The notes beneath the pieces were generated by a model. That model ran no database searches and was not told where the DNA came from. It was given only the letters and a program-made list of their open reading frames with translations. Of a DNA stretch of 64,000 nucleotides, positions 9,954 through 20,764 are shown one piece after another. Each line of letters opens with the position of its first letter. Position 1 is the stretch's first letter. Source of the stretch: Porphyridium purpureum (lineage: Eukaryota); the NCBI GenBank assembly GCA_008690995.1, contig VRMN01000008.1, positions 372,001 to 436,000 of the forward strand, in the 5' to 3' direction. The position numbers and the translations under genes are program-made.

Positions 9954-12165
9954 CTTGTGGATCACGCGGTCGGGTGGGCGCAGCCGCGGTCAACCTCCCG
10001 CATCTACCAGTGCCCTCGCTTCCGTTGCAGCGGCAACAACAAACGGAACTACTTGGAAATGCACGAGGTACAGTCACTGGAGTACAGCCCAGAAGTGGCT
10101 CGGCAGCGTGCTCGGAAACTTTCCTTGCTGGTACCCGAAAAAACCGTGGCGAGACGTGCAGAGATGCTCCCAACGGAGATGGTTGGTCCCGACGGCACAC
10201 CCAAAGGCGGCTCTTATGCTCACAGAGCCGTGCGGTAGTGCGCTCTTGAGCCAGCCATGTTGTCGCTCACTTTTGCTGGGGGAAAGGTCCTTGAAGGTCG
10301 TTCAGCACACAGTCCAGTGAGGAAGCTCCGCTTGCTCCGGCTCGAGTCCTGCGCGGTGAACGTCTCTTCTTCCTTGAGGTCCGACATAGAGGCTCTCTTA
10401 CTTGTTCTCAGTGTCCCTTTCGTCCTCTTACAACCTCTTCTAGAAATGTTGGCAACTAGAATCGACGTTTATGGTCCGATGCGCTCGAGCGAAACCGACA
10501 GGTGATGAAAACGGATGTCTTCGATGGCGATGCAACGCTGTCTTCTTCTCAAGTTGCGACGACCCATCATGTCGAACGAGCTTGTTCACCAAAGGCGAAC
10601 GGACGCCGGAATGCTGCTTCGAGTCTAGATACCACTCACGCAAACACCAAATTTTCTTGTCCTTTGTATTTTCTTCTCTGACTGGCGCCGTCAGACAACA
10701 AGCACTCGCAATTATAACATTTTCAAGACTTCCGGTCAACCATAGACAACGCGTCAGCCCGCTCGAAAGTCGCTATCCTTCATCAGGGCATCGTGTTGGT
10801 GCGCAATTCCAGAGAATTCTTCGACATTACGAGCCCTTTCCACAACCTCACGGTTCAGCTAGCCTTGGGTGCGTCGCTTTTCGAGCGCACCGATAATCGC
10901 CTGTAACAGCTGAAGCAACAGCTGAAGCAAAACTGTGTCATGGTCCTTGTACACAGCCACCCGCCGTCTCGGCCTGTGCATGCGGGGCGCGGAAGCCTTG
11001 ATGTGCCACACAAAAGCCACGAAGTGCGCAGCGCGCGATAGAGTCCTTTACACCTTTGGTATGGCGATGCGACCCAGTCGGGCTGCCGTGCGACTACTCT
11101 CTCAGATGAGCAAGTCCGCGCAGGTGGACTGCGTAGCCTAAACCTTGCCTGCGGGCCTCGCCGACGCGGTATATAAAAAATACATCCTCTCACGTTGGCC
11201 CGCTTAGATCATCAAGAGAGTAACAAGGTTCCAGGAGAATAACCTTTTTCATGCTCGTCCTCAGGAGACAATGGCGTTCACCTTTTGTCCCACAGCTCTT
11301 ACGGTTTTCTCGGGCATGCCTGTTGATCAAGTTCTCAAACTTGCGAAACTCCCGGGCTTGAGCCCAGCCTCTTGCTCTTTGTTGAATCAGCTCCGTCATT
11401 CCTTACGAACACGCGGTGGGCAAAGAAAAAGAAACACGGTTTGCGGATCGTGTTTTGCTGCTGGCGCCCACAACCGGTGCCACTCCAAGACACCGACGTC
11501 GAAGCACACGCTCTCCGAAAATGTTCCTGTCCGTCTGCAGAGTACAATGCGCAGTCCGCGGCTCCGTTTACATGGACTCTCTTTGTCGAACTGAGCGATA
11601 GAGGCGCGATTCATTCCCAGAGCATCGTAACCAGTTTCCTGCGCCTCGCCCGGACTTGGTGAGCAGAGGCGTGTCTGAAGAGAAGTGCTATCCTTGGAAA
11701 ATAGAATGATCACGCACACTTTTGCGGTGCGCGTTTCCAACCTGCTCACGACAAGTTTCTCATCTGCGCCAATAGCCGCACGCCCGTCGTGTCCGGTATA
11801 AAGGAGACATGGACGTGACGGGTGTCGCTTTTCGGAAAACCTCGGAAAGCGAAGAATAAATTTTTTCCGTGTGCAAAGTTTACACGTTAATAAACCTGTT
11901 GATCGGGAGAGAATAGACGCAATCTTACGCCTCCCATCAATTGACACTCTTGACGGGAGACGAACCAGCCAGAGGTCCGCAGGCAGATCATTTGCTCTCG
12001 CTGAAGCAGGTTACTTTGACACTCACAATTTGCAACAATTTACTCAAAATCGATTTTCGTTGAAGTCTCAATCACTCCCACGTGCGGTGACCGAGTTGGC
12101 CCGAGAAGATTGCCAACATACAGTCTGACAGGATTTGGCGCTGATTCAAGCGGTTGTTCGTCGGC

Positions 12166-15100
12166 TCAAGTTAGCTTGAACAATCTCGCAATCAACGCCA
12201 AATCGCGCTGGCCGCATTGAGCATTCGATAGTTGGCTCATCACACGCTCCAGCACATGGACATTAAGCATTTGACCAGATTCCTTTGACGTACCTATTGA
12301 CGCGAGACTGTCCGCCTTGCTGTTTTCCTTGCGCGGGACCCACATCACTTGGAACGGCCGAATGCATCGGATCACCAGCATGCGCGCAAGCAGAGCGTTC
12401 AAGAGCAGCCCGTCGTACGACGCGGGCGCTTTCGTGCGAGACTTGTGAAGGATTTCAATGCTCTTGTTGTCGAGTATCTGAAAGGCGTCCGAAATGGCCT
12501 TGGAGTCGGTGCGCATCTCCGCTGGTCGGCCACAATGAAGCGCTCGCCTGATTTCCGAATGCCCTTCTCCAAGCTATATCCATGAATCGGAAATAATTTG
12601 TTCCAGACCACAAATCCCTGCAATCATTTCGGCGTGCACTGACGTCGTCGGTTGATCCTGAAAGCCAGCCGCGATGTTGCGCGCATCGTCTGGCCCGAAA
12701 TATACACCGATCCCGCGCTTGGACGACATTTGGCAGTGCGAGCCATCTACAGCGACAATATCGCTTTCCAGCATGCCGTCGGGACTTTCTGGCAGCTCGG
12801 CGGCCAACTCGTTGGTAAGCCGGCCATCCGTGAAGAAAGAAACCTCGCCGACTGGACCAAGCCTGGACCACATCCAATTTGACCATCGCTTCAGACATAA
12901 CCGTGACGGTTCGTTTGGTTCCCACCAAATTGACACGTTGCAGAGCGTCTTCAAGAGCATCAGACGGAGATCAACGGAGTGCCAGAGCTCTTTCGGCGGC
13001 AACTTCTGCCATGGGAATGTCGCTCTTTCTGTCGACAAATGAGCAAACACTAACTTCAGCTCTAGATGTCCAAAGTGCTGACCAACCCAAGTCTGGTACA
13101 GTAGGTAGTTCAACGTCAGAAGGAGTGCCTCGAGCTCGACATGGGCCGGGCTGCTCTGCTCATTTGCCAAGAAGGACACAGATGTGTTCCTCCGATCCCT
13201 CACTCCAAAATGCAGAACCACTTGGCCGCGGCCAGTCTTGACCTTGCTCGAGACATGGACGGAGACTGGCGAGCGCGGCAAGTGCTGTTTGTGTGTCGAT
13301 TCGGATACATCAATATTGCTTGGACGTACTATTTCAGGCTCGAGAGTGACATCCGACCTCGAAAGCTGCTTCACGACGTCCTCGTCAACTAGCTTGCAAT
13401 ACGCAACTGCGTCTTCCACATTGTCAAAGCGCTTACCACGAGTGCCGGGTACACCACAAGTCAGGTTACGAAAATCCTGGTCACTAAACACAATACCTCG
13501 AAATCTGCCCTTGCCTCGCTGCATGGCGTAGAACCTTTTAATCGCCGCCACATCTTGACCCGAGCGGCCATTGGTAGTTGCCGTATCGAAGCTCGTGCAA
13601 CATTCGCTTTTCCATCCTGAGACACCATCAGTCGAGGCGCGAAAGTTTTCACTAGGGAAGACCACAGGATTGATCCTGTCTTTGCCAATTTTTCTGCCGT
13701 CGGATACTTCGTTTTCAATGCCATTCCCCAAGCAACCCAACCTCTGTCTATCTGCCTCTTTGTTGACACCACATACCAATGAGGATGCTGTCAACGGCAA
13801 CCTATCGGATCTCGGGTTCTGCGCAATTTCTTTGTTGGGGTTAGATGAAGTGCAGTACGCGATTGCGTCACTGAGCGAAGGAAACTGCATGCCCTGGCCT
13901 TGACGGCTTTCGCCTCCATTCATGAACGCATTGTACATGTCGGGGGAAAAAACCACGCCTGTAAAGCCGTTCTTGCCATTCTGCACCGCGTAAAATGTTG
14001 ATTCGAGAGGCGTGTTTTGAGCAGCAAAAAATGCCGTCACGTCATCAACATTTTCGCACACCTTCGTATGAAACTCCGAAACGCCGAGCGTTTGGGCTTC
14101 GAATTCCTTTCCCGTGAAAACGATGCCTCGAAATCTCTCCCTCCCGTTCGCAATTGCGTACATGATCGACGTCTTGATGATCGTGTCAGATTCTTCGTTT
14201 CGATGCAGTGAAGTCCCTGCTGTGAAAGTGGATGATTGCCGTTCCGCAGAATGCACATTCAGTTGACTGGATGTGCAGAATGCAATAGCTTTGCCTAGGT
14301 CTGAAAAAGATTGTCCGCGGAAAGACAATCCTGTTTTGTGAATGCAAGCATAATATTCCTCAGCGGAAAACAAAACACACGAGCCCATCTGAAAGAACTG
14401 CAAACCATAGAACGGCCCTTCTAAGCTGCTATTATGTGACTCAAAGAAGTCCTTCACATCATCGATATCCGTACAGCGCTTTCCCTTGAATCCAGTAACT
14501 CCATCTGCCAGTGCGCAAAATTCAGGAAGCGAGAAAACAAGTCCTCGAAATGCATTTTGCCGTGTTGAACAGCATAAATGGGTGATATTGTAGAGCTCGA
14601 AGAGCTTGTTTTGCTCTCCTTCTCCGATTCTCCGCTGTTCGCTTCTTTCGATAAAACCGATTCAGGCGATTTCGAGTCTCTTACACTTACTTTTCGAGCG
14701 AGTGCAGGTGCTGGAAACTCGGAGAGTTGCCGTGATCTCTCGGCACCCAGTTCATTCCACTCTGTTGCGAAGAACGGGTCCTCGGGTGTCATGCAGAATG
14801 TGACGGCTTCATTCAGATTAAAACACTTTTTGACTCGGTGCTGATCGCTTTCGCTTCCACTCATCAGCGCTTGGTGCGCATCGGACGAAAAACCCACCAC
14901 TTTACAAAGGTGCTTGCCTTCTTGCACCACGAAGTATGGTGGCTTGACAGGTTCACCGTGACCCTCAAAAAATGTTATGACAGTGAAAATGTTTCCACAC
15001 TTTTTGGCTTTCCAGTTTGAAACACCTGGCGTCTTGGTCATAAATTGACGTGCCGTGAAAACGATCCCTCGAAAATGGTTCGCGCCGTGCAGAATAGCGT

Positions 15101-16205
15101 ACATTGGGAGAGTGGCTTTCTTCGTCGCTTCACTCCGATGAGGATTGCGCTCTCCCTGTAAGCCACCGTTTTCCCTTCTAGGACTCGAGCTACCTTTTCC
15201 AGATGCCGAACACGATCCTGTGCAGTATGAAATGGCTTGATCCAAGTCCACGAACTGCTTGCCTGGCTTATCAACCTGGGAGCAACCCTTCGTGAGAAAA
15301 TCGAAATCGCGCGATGAGAATACAACACCACAAAACGCACTCACGCCATTCTTGATGGCGTAAAACGGTGGTCGAATGGCATGTGCATCGTTCTCGAAGC
15401 AGTAAATGGTACCTTCACGAGCGGTTGGACATTGCTTGCCAATAAATCCTGAGACTCCATCTGTCCATGCACGAAACTGAGATTCCGAGAAGACAAGGGC
15501 CTTCACATTGTCCTTTCCACTTCGTATGGCGTACACCGGAAACCTTCTGTCCGGTCTACTCTTCGCTGCGGGGTGGATCTGAGACCTCCTGCCGTCAAGA
15601 CCAGCCCTCAGGATACTGTCAAGCGGTTCCGAAAGCTCTGAAGTCGAGTTTCTCGTGCGAGATGCACAAGCTGGCTTCGACGTTGTCAGAGTGCCTCTAA
15701 GTGATGTGCAATAAGTCATCGCTTCGTCAAAGTTCTGACATACTTTTCCAGGCCCCGAGGAGCCAGCTGGACACATCCAGCTCTGGAAATCGCGCCGCGT
15801 GAACACTGCACCACACATTCCGTTCCTACCATACCGGATGGCGAAGAACGGAGGTGCTTGCGGTAATCCTGTACTGCTGCAGAAAACTAGCGCCTCAGTA
15901 GTGTTGCGAAAGCTCTTTGCCTTGACTTCGCTTACTCCCTTCACGAGTGCATGATAATGCTCCGAGGAAAAAACGATTCCTCAAAAGCCCTGCCGTCCAT
16001 GCCTTATGGCTTAGAATCTCACAGCTTCTGCGCTACTCCCCTTTAAGTCACTCCACCGAGATGAATCATCATCTCCCACTTCTTTGCCCCCAAGATGCTC
16101 GAGATCGGTAGATTCCTGCAGAGCTGCACAAAAAATATCATCGCGCTCTCCGGCTGAGTCCCGCTGCGCAGAACAGCTGTCCATGACCGTTGATTCCGCC
16201 AGCAT
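12166..16205 (-). pseudogene. Disrupted multi-domain RNase H gene: 11 hybrid-binding-domain (Cauli_VI)-like repeats, a degenerate RNase H and an RNase H domain
   Basis: ORFs 16011-16358 and 14454-15944 join in frame through TAA (16011-16013) and TGA (15981-15983). A 1-nt shift at 14555-14558 joins 12574-14457. TAG (12574-12576) is in frame with 12166-12516. Repeats follow [FMIV]YA..G...[FC]RG.VF....F.....G......K.F....EA..[YF]C. RNase H motifs: VAVDGS, GIGVYFGPDDARN, HAEMIA, RTDS, WVPRKENSKADSLA. Confidence 0.85.
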
Positions 16206-16586
16206 GCAACCCAATACTAACCGCGCCCTGCTGCTTTCATGTATCTCGATTTTTTTTTCCTTTTTTTCCGAGCGACACGTTTCCAAGCCTAGCTCACAGC
16301 AAGTGACTCGTGTATCACCGGGTCGAGTACGCAACGCGCTTGCCGCACAGCACATCAACCTCCGTCAACAATGGATGAGACCAGAGACCGTTCGCTCCGT
16401 CCAGTTCACAAGGTCGGGGCCAGCTTCAACCTGGGCCCGAACGCGCGAGTTCGCTTTTCAGCTTTCTCTGGTAAAAATGAGCATTTTAATATGAACACCA
16501 GTTCCGGGTTTTCGTTTTGCATGCGAGTCAACCGCATCAACAGCATGAATGGCAGCAGCAGCTGTGACGAGCAGAAAGGGATTCGG

Positions 16587-17471
16587 ATGCAGATGGATCG
16601 CATGGCGTTCATAAAAGGTCCTGGAGCGGCCGCGCTTCTGCGGCAGCGTGACGAACGGCGGACGCGGGCATGTGGACTGCAGCGCGGGAGCAGCTCTGCG
16701 CAGGCAAACACGGCTGAACGGGGCGATGTCATCGCAGTAAGCCGGCGTGGCAGTCGTCACATGGTGTGCTGTGGAGAGCTCCAGGATCAAGACAAGCAAG
16801 CCAATGCCGACAGGTTAAAGTTGCTGCTGCGAGAGTACGACGATATGGCGCTGTTTGCGACGCAAGTGGGAATAGACCGGGGCCCGCTAGCGCAGTATGT
16901 GCTGCGAAAAGCACTCAACCTGCCTCTTCCGCAAAAATTCAGTGCGGACCCGCAGCTCAACACAAATGATCACACACTGGCCGCTGCGCTCCGCGAAGTC
17001 AGTGAGTTGTCGCAAACCCCTGAGCAAGATGGCGAGAGCCTAGTACGCATCAGCGAGTTCAGCGGCGAACACACGTGGAAGAATGTGCTGTGCTTGGCAC
17101 GGGGTGATAGCACAGTGTCGTGGGTACCGAACGGCAGCTCGCTGAACTACAGGCTCCGCAAATTGCCGCAAGAGTACGCGGCACGCGTTGAGGGCGAGCT
17201 AGAATGCTCTTACGCAATGATGGGTGGGTTTGTGTCTGGATCGATGGTTTGCCCATGCAGTGCCGAGTACGAGCAGCGTGAAATCAGGATTGCTGTTGAA
17301 TGCTCTACGCCTAGCCGAACTCGAGGAGCACCTTTTGTGCGCGCGGCCGTCCCGGATTCTGTGCTGTGGACGCAGTCCTGGTCGGCGGTGTACTGTAAAG
17401 ACCGCCTGCTGGTGCTGGTGAATAGGGCCTCCGGCGGATTATACGCTCTTGCTGGCACCGCGGTACGGTAG
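16587..17471 (+). CDS. Hypothetical protein, probably plastid-targeted
   Basis: Long open frame 16371-17471. MAFIKG transit-peptide-like start near 16602, followed by a globular-looking region. No family recognised. Confidence 0.6.
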   Translation: MQMDRMAFIKGPGAAALLRQRDERRTRACGLQRGSSSAQANTAERGDVIAVSRRGSRHMVCCGELQDQDKQANADRLKLLLREYDDMALFATQVGIDRGPLAQYVLRKALNLPLPQKFSADPQLNTNDHTLAAALREVSELSQTPEQDGESLVRISEFSGEHTWKNVLCLARGDSTVSWVPNGSSLNYRLRKLPQEYAARVEGELECSYAMMGGFVSGSMVCPCSAEYEQREIRIAVECSTPSRTRGAPFVRAAVPDSVLWTQSWSAVYCKDRLLVLVNRASGGLYALAGTAVR

Positions 17472-17518
17472 AATCCAGTGAACATACTTTAATGAGCGGA
17501 AGACCCGCGCGTGCGCGC

Positions 17519-18111
17519 CTAATTTGGAAGAGGTTGGCAAGCTTCCCTGACGGACTCTGGGAGCTGGTCTAGAATGAAATTGTAGATGTTCTTAAAATCG
17601 GGCACCGAGCGTAACTCGAGGCGCGCACCGTCCTTGAGAAAGATGACGAGGTCAGCGGAGCCGCCGCCCATGCGTCTGACATACTTCATGGATTCGACGT
17701 CGCGGTACACAATCTCGACGTGGTCCTTCCCTTGGAAACCGCCGTCGATGGACACGCGGCGTGACGTGACCTTGTATCGCACCCAGAACTGCCTGGCGGC
17801 AGCGGCAATGAACGGAATGATGCCAATGACCGTGAGCGTGGTGATCGCCGGGATGATCAGCTCTGTCCACGCTGGCTTTCCCTCGAAGAACACGACCTCT
17901 GGCTCGAGCTTCTGCTTTGGCTGCGCGACCTTGCCCAACCCGGGCTTGAACTTTTCTGCCATGACCGTCCATGCGGTCCTCCGCGCGACGCGCGCCTGCG
18001 CGTTCGATACACCGACCACGCCTCCTGCCTTGAACCGCACCTCACATCCCAGCCTCGCGGGCATCAGTCGCACAGCCTCGGGCGCGCCATAACAAACCCG
18101 ATACTGCTCAT
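17519..18111 (-). CDS. Plastid membrane protein with a bacterial PH domain (bPH_2/YdbS-like, cyanobacterial type)
   Basis: EVVFFEGKP, a hydrophobic hairpin, then WVRYKVTSRRVSI.GG...DLVIFLKDGARLELRSVPDF. The likely ATG (MSSIGFV, 18111) is out of frame with the main ORF, implying an indel near 18075-18095. Confidence 0.82.
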
Positions 18112-18720
18112 ACTCGCTCTACTCTTCCTCCCTCCACACCCACCCACCCACCCTCCCTCCCAACGACCCGTGTACTATTTCCTCTCCTGCCGCCGCCCTC
18201 GCCTTCCGTTATCCTCCGGCGCCTCGACAACAGCCACCAGTCCACAACTCCCTGTTCCCACATTCCTCCTCACCCACCACCCCCTCCATCTCCATGCTTA
18301 TCTCACACCCATCTCCTCATCGCACGCACTCACCCCACACTCCTTCCACGAGCTCTCGCCAATTCGCTCATGTTTTTCGGTCTGTTTCTCCCGTCTCTCT
18401 CTCTTTTGTAAACTCATCACCTCTCTCTCACATATCGCGCGCCGAGAAGAGTTGCTATCAAGACACTCCAATTTACTACGGGAAATCTCACCCTCCCACC
18501 TCGAACACGACACAACTGTACATGGTGTACACCTACTGGACACAGTGTACATACTGAACACGTGCTGTACAGAAGGTACACTTGGGCGTGAGTGGGGCGG
18601 TGCGCAGGGCGACTGGTGGTGAGGAGTTGCGATGGGGGCGTTGACGAGGGTTTGGGAAGGGGTTGAAACGGTGGGGCCATGGCGAGGGGAGTGCTGCTGC
18701 TAGGGCGCTGGCTACACGGT

Positions 18721-20121
18721 TCAGAATGGCGGTGGCGTGGCGTCTGTGGTCTTTGGCTCAGCGAGGCGCAGCACAGAAAAGCGCCGCAGGGTCCCACAGT
18801 CGCGGTGACTGCGCCGAGCAACGTATTGGTGCCGCGCGCCAGGCGGGCTTGCTGCGAGTCGTTGTTTTGTTGTTGTTGTCGTCGTCGTTGTCCTCCTCGT
18901 GAGGCGTTTCGTTCCCGCCACGTCCAGGTGCGGGACTTCGCTCAATTCCACCCAGCGCTGGAGCACGCATTCCGCGTTTGATTGGTTTGCCGAATTGCGG
19001 CTGGCAAAGGCGTTCGCGGTCGTTCGCTCGGCGTGCCGAATTCCAAAACAGGCTGGTTGCGTGAACGGCTCGGCTCGCGGCGACACGCGCTTGCTTGATG
19101 CGTGCGATGACTCCGCATAGGACAGGACGGAGCGTGCAAGCCACAAGGTGTTCAGCCCAATATGTCGCTTTAGCTCGCGCGGCTGAATCACAGGGGCATC
19201 AAGCCGGAACATTCCGGACGTATTGCCTGCATTCCAAGCCGAGCGAGAGGCAGTCTTCCTTGTATCGGTCAGGGTCCAAATGGTAGATGCTGCTCAGCGC
19301 CTCGAACCGGTTCGGGCTGTAGAGTGTCACTGCCCGTCCGGCTGCTCATTTGCCACGTCCGTTGTGACGAAGCGGCGAACTGGGTACATGAGATTGCTCG
19401 ACGTCAATGCTCCGCGCTCAATTGTCTGATCCGCCTGCCACTGGCATGAGTACACTAGCGAACGCAGCTCATGGGTCCCGCAAACCGTCATGAGCTGGGC
19501 GTCAAAAATCTGTGCATCCAACGGCGCAGAGCTTGTCTCCCCGTGAGCCTCTTTGTCTTGTGAAACCAGGCGTTGGGCGCTGCCGTGCAGAAACAGACCG
19601 TGCGCAAGTTCGTGGAGAACTACGGACTCGAGGTCGAACCAGTCGTCCGTGCCATAACCATTTTCGTCATCAAAATGCCAGGATATCGACGGGCGGATTC
19701 GGATCAGCACGTGAGGCAAAACCGACATGTCTTTGCCCTGTTGCTCGCACTGGGCGTCCGCGCAGAATCGACAGGTCCTCCGCTCCAGCGAACCTGGAAA
19801 TCCCGGGTCTTTCTCAAGCACCGTCAAAGATACCGCTGGTGAAGCGTACGCCCAACCCAAGCGAACCGAATACGTCGGCTTGCTCACTGCCAGGCTCGAG
19901 CCATCTAGAGAGTCGTCCCACTCAAAGACGATGCTCAAGGGGACAAGTGTACGAGGCCATTGCTTTTCCCAGTGAGCCACAGCTCGCAAAATGGTGGGCA
20001 TCGCGCGAGCAGGAACGCCCGGCCCAAAACACGGCCGGAAATCCGCCTGGCCATGGACCCTGACAGCGAGCAGAAGCACCGCAACGACCAGCGCGGTCCT
20101 CAGCCAGCTCTTGTTCATCAT
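18721..20121 (-). CDS. Secreted zinc metalloprotease-like protein (HExxH), apparently frameshifted
   Basis: Signal peptide MMNKSWLRTALVVAVLLLAVRVHG and FDLESVVLHELAHGL. After a shift at about 19333 the frame continues as VTLYSPNRFEALSSIYHLD. A probable second shift near 19215 leads into 18721-19212. Confidence 0.65.
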
Positions 20122-20323
20122 GGAAATACCAGCCACGCCTCGCAGCACTTGTGCATACTTGGAAAGTAAAAAGACGGCGCGACACGATCTTGGCCATCTT
20201 CTTGCCTGAGGAAAAAAAAAAAGAAAGCCGATCTTCTCCACGAGGATAAAAAGGACGGTTAGGCAATAAATCCTGCCCGTGGATGCAGGAAGTAGGAGCA
20301 TGAAATACTATTGCTAGCACCTT

Positions 20324-20764
20324 TCATTCAAAATGATGTTTTCGGCTCGCGAGATCCAAAAGCTGTACGTATTGGTCCTCACGAACCGCGCACTCGCGTT
20401 CGAGGCGATCCACAGATGGCTTCTCCTGCAGAAACGCCTTGACCTCCCACGCCAGCATGGCGGCAATAAGCAGGATACTAATACTATAAATAGCGACGGC
20501 GGCACCGTCTTCGAGGTCGCCCGCGTCGTCGAGAATGATCTTGATATTCAGGAGCGCCAGAACCAGCGCAGACAGCGCTGCCACGCGGCGCCCGCGGCTT
20601 CGGTGCACGGAATCACTTAAATTTGGAGGCACCTCGAGCTCGAAGTCAAAAGCCGCGCAAGGCGCTGCACTCACTGGCGGCGTTGCGAAGTTTACTCGTC
20701 GAGCCATTCCACTGTGATGACAACCAGGCACCACAGCTCTGTCCGTCTTCTTCACTTGCTCCAT
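20324..20764 (-). CDS. Hypothetical small membrane protein (two hydrophobic helices plus a coiled tail)
   Basis: VAALSALVLALLNIKII and AAVAIYSISILLIAAMLAW followed by a charged helix; ATG at 20764. Confidence 0.5.
   Translation of the reverse strand: MEQVKKTDRAVVPGCHHSGMARRVNFATPPVSAAPCAAFDFELEVPPNLSDSVHRSRGRRVAALSALVLALLNIKIILDDAGDLEDGAAVAIYSISILLIAAMLAWEVKAFLQEKPSVDRLERECAVREDQYVQLLDLASRKHHFE

Noticed and set aside
12574..16013. Alternative genetic code explaining the stops
   Set aside because: All three stop types occur, and neighbouring genes terminate normally at TAA, TAG and TGA.
12166..16205. Caulimovirus or retrotransposon pol remnant
   Set aside because: No RT (YxDD), protease, integrase or LTR is visible around the RNase H. 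The HBD-linker-RNase H order fits a cellular RNase H1-like gene.
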